Shown here: positions 8,078-17,014 of the stretch, in pieces
Layout of the letters: each line of letters begins with the position of its first letter
How positions within the stretch are numbered: position 1 is the first letter of the stretch
Origin: a virus
Taxonomy: Duplodnaviria; Caudoviricetes
Virus record (IMG/VR): IMGVR_UViG_3300032227_000383
Coordinates: 1-51,215 of that record
DNA: 51,215 nt
Reading direction: 5' to 3' (one strand)
The notes under the pieces: model-generated
What the model was told of the DNA's origin: nothing
The model's database searches: none
What the model saw: only the letters and a program-made list of their open reading frames with translations
Translations under genes and position numbers: made by a program

Positions 8078-8983
8078 TTACGAAGCGCCCTGCGAACCCC
8101 AGCCTGCGCGGAAGTTCGAAACACCGAAGGAGTAACGCTCAATGGCCTTCGCCTTGAGGTTGTCGGTGTCGAAGTCCGTGTAGACGTCGGTTTCGAGAGC
8201 TTCACGCTCGTAGTACTTGAAGCCGTTCGGCGCGTCCGTCTGCAGATACCAGCTATTGGTATCCGTCAGGAACATATTAACGCGATGACCCTGCGGAACC
8301 GCCGAGTTGTTATAGATCGCGGAAATATCGTTGTTCGCCGTGTCGACGCGGAACTGCGACTGGAGCAGGCGGGTCGCCGTCCACTGCAGTTCAGCCGGAA
8401 CGATCAGCTTCGTCGGCTTCGTCATGATGCGGAGGCCCGCAGCATCACGGAAACGCTGAACGCCAACGATGGCATCCTGAAGCGACGTTTCGTTCAAGTC
8501 AGCCTGCACCGTGAAGGTGTTAGCAACCGTACCGTTGTCGATGGGGTGGGCCGTCGAATAGAGCGGCTGGCCATCGCCAATGGGGAAGTTTGCGCTGAAG
8601 CCGTTGTTGAGAACGGATGCGCCCAGAACTTCCTTGGTCTGTTCCATCGACTGACGAAGAGCCTTCGCCTGCAGAGGGAACGACGACTGGTACAGGTTGT
8701 CCTTGATCGCCTGACGGGTGATGATGAAGCCAATCGACGTGTAGCGGTTGACGTAGTTGGTCACATAACGCTGACCCATTTCGCCATACGCCGTCGAAGC
8801 GCCTTCTGCCTTGATCTGAGCCAGACCAAGCAGCTTGACTTCGACTTCGATTTCCACGGCCTTGTCGGACGTGTGTTTTTCGAAGATTTCCGACCACTGA
8901 CCCGGATACATGGGGTAGTCGCCGAAAACAGCGGCCAAGCCCGGACGGAGCAGGTCGCGGATTGCGGTTGTATTAATAGCCAT
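8078..8983 (-). CDS. Major capsid protein (HK97 fold, Mu gpT-like family)
   Basis: MAI.....DLL.PGL...FG; K.EG; GF.IT......DNLY; GDG..L.S..HP; P..L.VP..L; ERYSFG.S..R motifs. Confidence 0.9.
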   Translation of the reverse strand: MAINTTAIRDLLRPGLAAVFGDYPMYPGQWSEIFEKHTSDKAVEIEVEVKLLGLAQIKAEGASTAYGEMGQRYVTNYVNRYTSIGFIITRQAIKDNLYQSSFPLQAKALRQSMEQTKEVLGASVLNNGFSANFPIGDGQPLYSTAHPIDNGTVANTFTVQADLNETSLQDAIVGVQRFRDAAGLRIMTKPTKLIVPAELQWTATRLLQSQFRVDTANNDISAIYNNSAVPQGHRVNMFLTDTNSWYLQTDAPNGFKYYEREALETDVYTDFDTDNLKAKAIERYSFGVSNFRAGWGSQGAS

Positions 8984-9008
8984 TTCTCAAATCTCCTTGC
9001 TGAGCCGA

Positions 9009-9605
9009 TCAGATGCCGGTCGTGCCACCACGATAGAAGTGGTTGTTGAGCGTCACATGCCAGTTAGCATAGGCGCCAACAGCGTTACCCGGAGTCGGGT
9101 CAAGCTGCAGGATCTTGCAGTTCAGCGTGCTTGTGTCGGCTTCCGTCGCGTTGTTGATCGACACAGCAGACGTACCTGTCGCCGTGGAACCAGCAGTGTA
9201 AAGGAAGTTGATGTTCAGGCCACGATCAGCAAGAGCAAGCGGGGTGCCCGCAGTGCCAGTGCCGCTGGTTTCCTGAACGGAGAACACCGTGTTGGGATCG
9301 TCAATGACGAGAGCCTCAACGGTCGAGCCGGTGAGAACGCCCGGATTGCCCGGCCAGTAGTTCATGAACTTCACAACGCCCGTGCTGTCGGTGTACTTGA
9401 CACCCCAGAACACGCCCACGCAGGTTGCGCCAGCAACGCCGACACCGAGGGTGCCGTCAGCGAGGTTCGTGACAGGATCGCCACGGAAGAGTGCAGTCGC
9501 ATAGGTGTTTGCGATCTGGTAAGGATTTGTCGCGCCGGTCCATGCCGAGCCGTCAAGCTTCTTGACGGGCTGAAAGCCGTTGGGCGCATTCGTGCCATAG
9601 GACAT
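9009..9605 (-). CDS. Capsid-associated (cement/decoration) protein
   Basis: MSYGTNAP.GF.PV; F.GD.V; VGVF.G..Y; V.DDP...F.VQ motifs; start at 9605 with GGAGA RBS; directly upstream of MCP. Confidence 0.65.
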   Translation of the reverse strand: MSYGTNAPNGFQPVKKLDGSAWTGATNPYQIANTYATALFRGDPVTNLADGTLGVGVAGATCVGVFWGVKYTDSTGVVKFMNYWPGNPGVLTGSTVEALVIDDPNTVFSVQETSGTGTAGTPLALADRGLNINFLYTAGSTATGTSAVSINNATEADTSTLNCKILQLDPTPGNAVGAYANWHVTLNNHFYRGGTTGI

Positions 9606-9636
9606 AGGATTTCTCCAAAATGCGGTTAAAGGTTTC

Positions 9637-9717
9637 TGCCGATACGTAACGGCAATCGGTCGCTTCAGTGGGTACGTGACCACCATCGGGTTGTTGGTGG
9701 ATACGTGACCACCATCG
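9637..9717 (-). promoter_or_regulatory. Three tandem hairpins (putative cis-regulatory RNA) in capsid operon leader
   Basis: CGAT-stem5-TYACGTAY-stem5 x3 with ~30-nt period; stems covary. Confidence 0.65.
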
Positions 9718-9726
9718 AGTATCTAT

Positions 9727-9768
9727 AAAAATACCCCCGTTCCCGGACTATGTCAACAGGAACGAGGG
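9727..9768 (-). terminator. Rho-independent terminator-like hairpin overlapping the promoter
   Basis: Minus strand CCCTCGTTCC-15 nt loop-GGAACGGGGG-TATTTTT. Confidence 0.45.
9728..9756 (-). promoter_or_regulatory. Sigma70-type promoter for capsid genes
   Basis: TTGACA (9756-9751), 17 nt spacer, TATTTT (9733-9728). Confidence 0.6.
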
Positions 9769-9814
9769 CAAGTTTGGTCCACAGTCAGGAGCTTGAGCAA
9801 CTGTGGCCGGTCTT

Positions 9815-10294
9815 TTAATCCTTAAACGCCGTTACCCGCTCAACGGATACGCCGCTATCCCGGTCTTCGAAGCGCGGAAGGTTCGGGTCGCTTTGCCCGG
9901 TCCATGCCACGTCCTGAAGCATTTCAATGTTCTCCAGATCGCGGTCCTGACGATACGCCTCAACGTCGCGCGTGGGCCGCTCACAGAGCATCAGGCCACC
10001 GCGCCGGATAACCGTTGTCTCATAGCCCTCATTGCCCGGTAGGGGCGGAGGAACCATCTCTGGGTGACGGCTTGCAGGCACGGGGGCCCAGCCGCGCACC
10101 ATGCGGTCGGTCATGTTGTCAGGATCCGGCTCATTCAGCGTTGTCTCGCGCACCCATGCATACGTCATTTCGGGCGGGATTTTTTGCTGAGGAATAAACA
10201 GCTTTGACTGATAATGCGTCTCAGGCTGAGCGCGCTGTTCAGAGCTGCGGTTATTGGCCGTGCGGCTTTCGGCCATGCGTGATGTACGTGCCAT
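9815..10294 (-). CDS. Conserved phage head-region protein
   Basis: Y.WVR......D..N.......GW.PV...HPE; GGL.LCE.P motif; lies between scaffold and capsid genes. Confidence 0.65.
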   Translation of the reverse strand: MARTSRMAESRTANNRSSEQRAQPETHYQSKLFIPQQKIPPEMTYAWVRETTLNEPDPDNMTDRMVRGWAPVPASRHPEMVPPPLPGNEGYETTVIRRGGLMLCERPTRDVEAYRQDRDLENIEMLQDVAWTGQSDPNLPRFEDRDSGVSVERVTAFKD

Positions 10295-10298
10295 GTGA

Positions 10299-11342
10299 TT
10301 ACTTCCTATTCTGCTTGAGGATGAAGGTGGCGTGATATTTTTCCGCCTCAGAATGCGTCATACGCTGACCATTCGATTTCTTGTACGCGCCACTGTCCGC
10401 CATATTGTGTGCCATCCGACGCTGGTCTGGCGTCAGACGCACCGTGCGAGAATTTGGTGACGGCTGCCCCGGAGCCCCGCTACGGGCAACTGGGGCGACT
10501 GTGTTGTCCCTGCTCATTTTTGGGGTTCCCCTTTTTGGCGTAGCCGCCCCTTCAAATGCTTCCGGAAACTCTCCGCGAACATACTTGTCGATGTCCGAGA
10601 AGTATTGCTTGCTTCCGATTTCCTCAGCGCGGCCCTCTGCCTTAAACCGACGTTCGAGCTTGCGCGCATAGGTCGTTGCCTCTTCGTGCATCTCGCGGTC
10701 AAAGTCTGGAGACTGCGGCTGGAACCAAGTATTTGCCGCGATCCAGTCCCGCGTGCGGGGCTCAAGCGTCGGCTGCTGAGGCGTGGGTTGGGCCACAGGC
10801 TGAACCGGCTCCGCCTGTTCCCGCTCAGCTTCCTTGCGCCATTCCGAAACTCCGGTCAGGTCGTTGCGGACCTGCATGAGTTCAGTCTGGAGGTCGATCT
10901 GCTTTTCAGTGTCCCCCAATGACATGGCTTCGGAAAGCTCTGCGCGGATGCCCTTTTCCTTATTGCGCAGGCCCGTCTCATAATGAGACATCATCGCAAT
11001 GTCGGACTGGCGACGGAGTTCCGCCTCCTTCTGCGCGCGGGCTTCGTACTCAGACGCCCGGCGCTCAGCCTCCTGCGCGCGGCGCGCAAGTTCCTGAATG
11101 CGATTTTCGTCGCGGCGCTTGGGCTTCGGCTCTTCTTCCGGCTCTTCCTCGTATTCGTCTTCAGCCTCACCGACTTCGACTTCAACTTCGCCGTCGTCTT
11201 CAGCCGCTTCCTCGAACTCCTCCGGATCATCGAAGTCGGCAAGGTTCTCGCCGATATCGTCCTCAGTGATTTCGATGTCTACGTCTTCAGTCGGGCCGTC
11301 ATCTGTAAACGGCAGATCATAGTCTTCAGCTTCTTCACTCAC
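10299..11342 (-). CDS. Capsid scaffolding protein
   Basis: Highly acidic N-terminus, coiled coil, W...N.WF motif, C-terminal V.LT..Q...A; position before capsid genes. Confidence 0.7.
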   Translation of the reverse strand: MSEEAEDYDLPFTDDGPTEDVDIEITEDDIGENLADFDDPEEFEEAAEDDGEVEVEVGEAEDEYEEEPEEEPKPKRRDENRIQELARRAQEAERRASEYEARAQKEAELRRQSDIAMMSHYETGLRNKEKGIRAELSEAMSLGDTEKQIDLQTELMQVRNDLTGVSEWRKEAEREQAEPVQPVAQPTPQQPTLEPRTRDWIAANTWFQPQSPDFDREMHEEATTYARKLERRFKAEGRAEEIGSKQYFSDIDKYVRGEFPEAFEGAATPKRGTPKMSRDNTVAPVARSGAPGQPSPNSRTVRLTPDQRRMAHNMADSGAYKKSNGQRMTHSEAEKYHATFILKQNRK

Positions 11343-11353
11343 GATGCTTCTCC

Positions 11354-11821
11354 TTAGTACTTATCAGCCGCGTTACCGGCCATGACGTCTTCTGGGCCCG
11401 GAATGACCGCCATGACACGGTCGTCAGGGAGCAGGGCCATTGCGACACCACGGAACGAAACCATTGTCGATTCATAGCGCGGGATCATGATCCAGTCGCC
11501 GACCTTGCACCAAGGACCGCTGCGCTCAAACTTCTCGCCCTGATAGGCCTCAGGGCCAACGCCGCACACCAATGCCGCAACGGAGGAATACTTGTCCTCT
11601 GCGCGCACCGTGTCGGGCAGGTAGAGCGTCACTTCAGTGCCGTCGTCCTGCGTGATCGTCTTGAGTTCTTCGGGGCGAATGTAGATCTTCACCGCGACAA
11701 GATAGCCAGCAGGGCGCATTTCAAATGGCTTGCCGGTCATCTCGATAAAATGATCATGAATGAGCTTGTGGGCAAGCTCCTCTTCGTGAGGCTCGATGTT
11801 GCTCAATGGAACTCCTGACAT
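11354..11821 (-). CDS. groES: GroES-like co-chaperonin
   Basis: P.GY.V.VK...LYLP......V..VGP.AY......PWCKVGDW....RY......ALL.DD.V.AVI. Confidence 0.8.
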   Translation of the reverse strand: MSGVPLSNIEPHEEELAHKLIHDHFIEMTGKPFEMRPAGYLVAVKIYIRPEELKTITQDDGTEVTLYLPDTVRAEDKYSSVAALVCGVGPEAYQGEKFERSGPWCKVGDWIMIPRYESTMVSFRGVAMALLPDDRVMAVIPGPEDVMAGNAADKY

Positions 11822-12105
11822 CAGTATATTTCCCTTTGGGTTGGCCGTTCTGGCTGTTTATCACCTTCAGTTTCAAACATGGTCCTGTAGGCATTGTTGA
11901 TGGCCTCAATTGCGTGCGTATAGGCACGCGCCATCGCGTTCCCCTCGATGGTTTGGAAAGCGATTTCCTCTGCCGTCGAAGCTGGAATTGAGCGGTCGCC
12001 CATAGTGGCCGGCCGGAATGTTGTGTTGATTGTGCGGTTTACCGCGAGGTCACGCGCCTGATTGATTTGCTCAAGTGCGCGGTGACGCAGTTCGTCTGCT
12101 GACAT
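11821..12105 (-). CDS. Hypothetical protein
   Basis: 94-aa ORF coupled to groES. Confidence 0.6.
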   Translation of the reverse strand: MSADELRHRALEQINQARDLAVNRTINTTFRPATMGDRSIPASTAEEIAFQTIEGNAMARAYTHAIEAINNAYRTMFETEGDKQPERPTQREIY

Positions 12106-12259
12106 TTTTAAGCTCCGGTAGTGATTTATATTTTTGTTTTCGATCAGCAGCGTGGAATTCTTTCCCTACACTGCTTGGGACGCCAACTTTTTTGGCAAAC
12201 TTGGGGTTGGCCGAAACGGCAGCCATAAACCTGAACTGACGTTTCGACCTGCTTGGCAT
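12071..12259 (-). CDS. Small basic phage protein
   Basis: MPS.SK.Q..FMAAV..NP.FAKKVGVP.SVG.EF..AD motif recalled from similar phages. Confidence 0.7.
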   Translation of the reverse strand: MPSRSKRQFRFMAAVSANPKFAKKVGVPSSVGKEFHAADRKQKYKSLPELKNVSRRTASPRT

Positions 12260-13158
12260 TACATGCCACCCCTCTTCGGCTTGACCGCCTGAAGGATGGA
12301 GCCCTGTGGCGACATCATGCCCTTGCGGACTTTGCCTGCGCCGCCCTTGGCCATCATGCGCGGGTCTGGTCCCGTTGCTGGGCTAGAGTATTTTTCTACA
12401 AGCCTTTTATAATCAGCAGGCTTCATTGTTTTCTCTACCTCGCGAAACTTGTGCAAGATAGCTTCAGCTTCTGCCGGGGGCTTGTTGTCCCAAGGCATAA
12501 ACGTACCGCCCGAAGGTTTCGGCGTCGGTCGCGTTGGCGGCTTCGCGACGATTGGCATCGGCGGCTTCGCAACCAATGGCGGCTTTACCGGCGTCGGCTT
12601 CGCGACCGGAGGCGGCGTTGTCTTTCCACGCAATACATCTGCAATTTGCTTCATACTCGGTGACTGCTTTACGCCCCCCGGTATCGTCGGCATCGTCGGC
12701 TTCGTCGGCTTTGCGACCGCTGGCTGCTTCACGGACAACTGCGTAACTCCACCAAGAGTTCCACCGAGAGCCTTCTTCTGAACGCCGCCCTTCTTCATGC
12801 CGCCCATTTCGGTGGCAAGCTTGCGGGCAGTGTCAGACGATGTCTGCACCTTGCCGCCAGCCGCCTTTTTGATCATGTCGCCATAGGCTTTGACTTCGCA
12901 GCCAGACTTTTTGGTGGGACCACCCTTGGCGAGTTTCTCAACCAGACTTTTTTTAGTCTCTGGCTTGTAATTGCCGCCTGAGCCACTGAGTGGTACGTTG
13001 ACTTTAACACCAACGCCGGAGCCATAAGAGCGACCGGGGATGGACAAGCTGTGGACAGGGGTTCCCACACGGCCAAAGCTTACGGACCCACGACCCCTGT
13101 CAGGTTTGTAATTGCTTGCGCCGTAATTCAGGCGGTATTTATCGTTGCTATTGGCCAT
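12259..13158 (-). CDS. Basic low-complexity protein with xxxGG repeats (putative internal head protein)
   Basis: LAKGG, KAAGG, MKKGG, KALGG, MAKGG; Pro/Lys-rich. Confidence 0.7.
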   Translation of the reverse strand: MANSNDKYRLNYGASNYKPDRGRGSVSFGRVGTPVHSLSIPGRSYGSGVGVKVNVPLSGSGGNYKPETKKSLVEKLAKGGPTKKSGCEVKAYGDMIKKAAGGKVQTSSDTARKLATEMGGMKKGGVQKKALGGTLGGVTQLSVKQPAVAKPTKPTMPTIPGGVKQSPSMKQIADVLRGKTTPPPVAKPTPVKPPLVAKPPMPIVAKPPTRPTPKPSGGTFMPWDNKPPAEAEAILHKFREVEKTMKPADYKRLVEKYSSPATGPDPRMMAKGGAGKVRKGMMSPQGSILQAVKPKRGGM

Positions 13159-13160
13159 GA

Positions 13161-14618
13161 TCAGCACATCCCTTTACGAGTCTTGCCTGCGCCACCAACG
13201 GCGCGATTGACTGGCGTCTGGTTAGCGGCAGTGCGCGCTGCTTTCCGGTCGGCAAAAGCCTTCTGGTTGGCTGCGCGCGCTGCCTCATTCGCCGCGATCT
13301 GCTGCTTGTTGGCTTGAATGCTCTGCTTGTTGGCTTGAATGCGCTGCATAAGAGGGCTGGGGCTGGGGTTGGCCCGCGCCTGCTGAACCGCAGCGGCCGT
13401 CCGGTCGGCAAAAGCCTTCTGGTTGGCTGCGTACTTCGCGGAATTGTCCTTAGCCTTCTGCATCAAAGCGGCGCTCTTTGCAGCACTCGCTGCAACTTTC
13501 GCCCGTTTTTCTGTCAACGCCCTCTGCTTTGCAAGCATCTCTGGAGTGTTCCTAGCAGCCATCCGAGCGTTTATACGCGCGTTAGCTGCTGCGGCCATTT
13601 CCGGGGTAGGGCGGTACGCGGGTGCATTAGCCGCAGTTCCACCATTAGACTTCTTCATAACCTTGCCGCCCTTCTTATAGGCGGGGGCAACCGGATTGGG
13701 GTTGGCAACCATCTGCTGCATTGGCTTCGGACCAGCGCCGTATTCGCTATATGCGGGCGCGGCCTGCTGATAACCAGTCTGCTGCACGGAGGCGGGCATC
13801 GCGTCATACTGATCCATGACGCCGCCATCGGCCTTCTTCTTGATCTTGCCACCCTTCTTGTAATTACCGGAGGCGGTGCGCGCTTCAAGGCGCTGAGCTT
13901 CAATGCCGCCGCCTTCAGCGTAGCGGTTGGCCTTACCACCTTTTTTCATTACGCTTGGGTCAAGATTTACGTACTTCCGCTTTTCATTCAAACGAACGTA
14001 CTGCGGCTTTTCATTCAAGCGAACATATTTTTTTTCATCCTCTGGCAAACGGGTAGTCTTCTCCCCCGTTGCCGATGGTTTGACGGTCTGCGTATTCGTT
14101 GCAGATGGGTTCCTTTCCATCCTATTCGAAGAATTGGCGGAAGACGTTTTTTGTGACCGATTAACAGAATTCATAGGCCTGCCATAGCGGTCACGATCTT
14201 CTTCATTCGCTATGTCAGAAAGAAAACGGCCAAAGCTATCTAACAGACCGCCTTCTGATTTTTTCTGAATCTTACCGCCTTCAGCGCGACGTTCAGCTGC
14301 CTTCGGGCCCATTCCGGGGACGCCCATCGGTGCGCGGTTCTTCTCTTCAAGATAGCGCATAACCAAGGCGTCACGCATCGCAGCATCACCGCGTTCGCGG
14401 ATCATCTTCTCTGCGCGGGCCTTTTCGGCTGCCGTGAGAGCGCCGCCGGCCTGCTTCTTCACGACACCGCCAACCTTATAGGTCGGGATTGGACGGGCGT
14501 TGGCGCGCTTCTGAAGCGCAACTGCACCGTTCTTCGCGGGCGCCGGTTCCTTGGTGTTCTCGAAAAACGTCTTGCCGAAGATTGCGCGGGCCTTATCCCG
14601 CATGTTGCTTCCGTTCAT
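13161..14618 (-). CDS. Basic low-complexity protein with ~11 xxxGG repeats (putative internal head protein)
   Basis: YKVGG, KQAGG, RAEGG, KSEGG, MKKGG, YAEGG, YKKGG x2, KADGG, KSNGG, RAVGG. Confidence 0.7.
   Translation of the reverse strand: MNGSNMRDKARAIFGKTFFENTKEPAPAKNGAVALQKRANARPIPTYKVGGVVKKQAGGALTAAEKARAEKMIRERGDAAMRDALVMRYLEEKNRAPMGVPGMGPKAAERRAEGGKIQKKSEGGLLDSFGRFLSDIANEEDRDRYGRPMNSVNRSQKTSSANSSNRMERNPSATNTQTVKPSATGEKTTRLPEDEKKYVRLNEKPQYVRLNEKRKYVNLDPSVMKKGGKANRYAEGGGIEAQRLEARTASGNYKKGGKIKKKADGGVMDQYDAMPASVQQTGYQQAAPAYSEYGAGPKPMQQMVANPNPVAPAYKKGGKVMKKSNGGTAANAPAYRPTPEMAAAANARINARMAARNTPEMLAKQRALTEKRAKVAASAAKSAALMQKAKDNSAKYAANQKAFADRTAAAVQQARANPSPSPLMQRIQANKQSIQANKQQIAANEAARAANQKAFADRKAARTAANQTPVNRAVGGAGKTRKGMC
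13244..13431. repeat. 32-nt exact direct repeat (13244-13275 and 13400-13431) flanking a 21-nt tandem duplication
   Basis: tccggtcggcaaaagccttctggttggctgcg twice (AANQKAFADR); ctgcttgttggcttgaatgc twice (IQANKQ). Confidence 0.85.
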
Positions 14619-16960
14619 GCCTTGCCTCCAAAGGTGAGTTTCATTGCGGCAATGCGCTCACGGCTTGCCCGATCTTCGGCGTCACTCTTATACTCAAGTT
14701 CAGCCTTTTGCAATTCAGTTGCGTTGTCCCGCTGATCCGATGCGTCCTTAATTTCCAACTTCTTCGCTTCAATCTCAATATACGGATCCGGAGCGGGCTG
14801 CTCCGCCTGCGGCTTATACTGTGGCGCCAGTTGCTGCATCGCCTGAGCAACGGCCATTGCAAGCTGATTTTCCATCTCAGGCGGCATTTCCTCACCCAGA
14901 GGCGGAAGCGGCTGACCGATGATCTGCTGAACCTGAACGCGCATCTTGAGCGCCAAGTGTTCGTTGATGTGCGCCTGCAGCTCAGGGTTGTCCGCTGCAA
15001 TCGGAGCGTGCGCCGCGATGTGCGCATCGTGGTCCTGATACTCGCCAGCCTTGAGCGGTATCTTCATCAGAGCGTTCTGGTTTTCCGACAGCGGGTCGAG
15101 CGGCTTCGCTTCAGCCTGCTTCGGCGGCAAGATCAGATCGATCTTCTCCGGCGCAATGCCCATCTCAACGTACATCTGGCGATAAGCTTCGCGCATGTCG
15201 TGCTGGTCTGGCTGCTGCGTGGCAAAGCGAAGCAATGCCTCTGCGCGCATCATGCGCTGCGCCGACGACGAGATGTTTGGGTCGCTGACGGGGATGATGT
15301 TCACATTGTCAGCGAAATCCTGACGCATGATCACGCCTTCGCCGCCACGAACCGGGAACGGGTAAGGCTCCTCAGGCAGGAACTCAGCGAAGAGTTCGGC
15401 GATCATCTTGAGTTCGCCGTCGAGAGATGTGTGCGCACGCTTGAGCGTTGCCGACTGCACGCGAGTCGCAGCTTCCATTAACGCTACCGTCGTTCCGACC
15501 GGCGCGTCCTGCCTCCCATCGCCAACAGCAATCTCAGCCGTGTTGGCCAGATTGCGCGCACCCTCATATGTTTCTTTGAGCAGCTCCAAGGACACCTGCG
15601 ACGGTTCCTTGTACGGCATCGGCATAATGGCGTTCTGGATCGGCAGACCACCAGTGTCGATTTCGCGGAACTCAGTCGGCCCAATGCCGAGGTTGTTGTC
15701 ATCGATCCGCATCCCCTTGACGCGCAAGCCGCCGGGGAAGTTGTTCAGCGTGCCGGCGTCAATCAACTGGCGCCGGATCGACGTCGCCGTCTTCGCCGAG
15801 TTGCCCAGAATGTGCGCATAGCCAAGGCCGTAGAAGCCCAAGCCGGGAATGAACTTATAGTGCGTGAAGCGGTTGATGCGCTGGTAATCCGTGTCATCCT
15901 CGCGCCAGTTCCGGCGGATCGACAGGATTTTGCGGGTCTGGGCCTCAATCGACACGATGTACGGCAGGGGAATGCCATCGTCGTTCTCAAAGCCCTTCAG
16001 GTCGAGGTCGGCATAGACCTCGTAGATTTCGTACTCTTCCGTGCCCTCAGCACCCGGCTGAATGCCCTGCACCTTGTTAACGGCATTGCTCAGCGCGTCA
16101 CCCGAATCGTCGGCCAGATCCTCAGGATCGCCCAAATCAAGGTCGCGGTACGTCCCATTCAGCATTGCCAGCTTGATCTGGCGCTTCGTCATAGGGATGA
16201 TGTGTGCGAACCTTGGCGATGTGCGAAGGTCCGACGTGTTATAGCTGATGATAAAGTTCTTCGGCGTGATGAAACGCGCCACTGGCCGAGCCAAGATCGG
16301 GTCTTGGTAGATTTTCTTGAACGTCGAGCCCACCAGCGGCAGCCACATGAGCATCTGGTCGAACTCTTCGTAATATTCGGGAGCAAGCTCCGTCAAATAC
16401 AGGTTCATCCACGCCTTGATGCGCGCTGCCTTGTCCTGAGTTTCCTGCGTCTCAACTCCAAGGATCTCCGTGTCGACCGGGCCCGACGCAGGCATAAGCT
16501 CACCGCGTGCAGTTGCTTGCCAGCGGATGACAGCTTCCGCCATCAACGGGTCGAATACGCCACAAGCGCCAGCAAACGGAGTTGTGCGGTCCTCAATCGT
16601 GAGGCCAAGCAACTCAATGCCGCGTGTCATGGTGTTTTCCCACTCACTGCGGCTGCGCTTGTCGTCCTCGACGCCCGACATCAACTGTTCGGCCAGCCCT
16701 GTCAGGTCCATGTCTTTCACGAACTCTGCCAGATTGGCGCTGTGTTCTTCGGCCCCGATGATATCCGGAAGCTCTGGGTCGAAATTGATATCGACAGAAC
16801 CGTCAGGGTTTTCCTGCATCAGCGCGCCATCGAGCATCACATCTTCCTCAAGCGGAACTTCGATATCGATGCCTTCTTCCGGAAGCTCAGCGTCGGGACC
16901 GCCAATGCCCTCAAACTGGGCACGGAATGTGTCGGCGATGCTTGTCGGTTTACGGGCCAT
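14615..16960 (-). CDS. Portal protein (P22-like, with long C-terminal extension)
   Basis: Follows TerL; PF.GA.GV..P.MAEA...Q; GS.FKK; GFYG.G..H; RQL.DAGTL.N.PGG; APVGTT.AL.E motifs. Confidence 0.88.
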   Translation of the reverse strand: MARKPTSIADTFRAQFEGIGGPDAELPEEGIDIEVPLEEDVMLDGALMQENPDGSVDINFDPELPDIIGAEEHSANLAEFVKDMDLTGLAEQLMSGVEDDKRSRSEWENTMTRGIELLGLTIEDRTTPFAGACGVFDPLMAEAVIRWQATARGELMPASGPVDTEILGVETQETQDKAARIKAWMNLYLTELAPEYYEEFDQMLMWLPLVGSTFKKIYQDPILARPVARFITPKNFIISYNTSDLRTSPRFAHIIPMTKRQIKLAMLNGTYRDLDLGDPEDLADDSGDALSNAVNKVQGIQPGAEGTEEYEIYEVYADLDLKGFENDDGIPLPYIVSIEAQTRKILSIRRNWREDDTDYQRINRFTHYKFIPGLGFYGLGYAHILGNSAKTATSIRRQLIDAGTLNNFPGGLRVKGMRIDDNNLGIGPTEFREIDTGGLPIQNAIMPMPYKEPSQVSLELLKETYEGARNLANTAEIAVGDGRQDAPVGTTVALMEAATRVQSATLKRAHTSLDGELKMIAELFAEFLPEEPYPFPVRGGEGVIMRQDFADNVNIIPVSDPNISSSAQRMMRAEALLRFATQQPDQHDMREAYRQMYVEMGIAPEKIDLILPPKQAEAKPLDPLSENQNALMKIPLKAGEYQDHDAHIAAHAPIAADNPELQAHINEHLALKMRVQVQQIIGQPLPPLGEEMPPEMENQLAMAVAQAMQQLAPQYKPQAEQPAPDPYIEIEAKKLEIKDASDQRDNATELQKAELEYKSDAEDRASRERIAAMKLTFGGKA

Positions 16961-17014
16961 GCTGTTTCCTATCACGCCGCTGATGCGCGGTCAATTTCTA
17001 ACCTTTGAACTCTA

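Noticed and set aside
8285-9629. 254-aa and 210-aa plus-strand ORFs
   Set aside because: Antisense to capsid genes
9606-9686. N-terminal extension of the 9009 ORF (MVVTYP...)
   Set aside because: A better RBS precedes the ATG at 9605; the extension runs through the hairpin array
9637-9717. Possible mini-CRISPR array
   Set aside because: Units are ~22 nt with 7-8 nt gaps, too short for spacers; no cas genes
14489-17008. 330-aa and 398-aa plus-strand ORFs
   Set aside because: Antisense to the portal gene; composition typical of shadow frames
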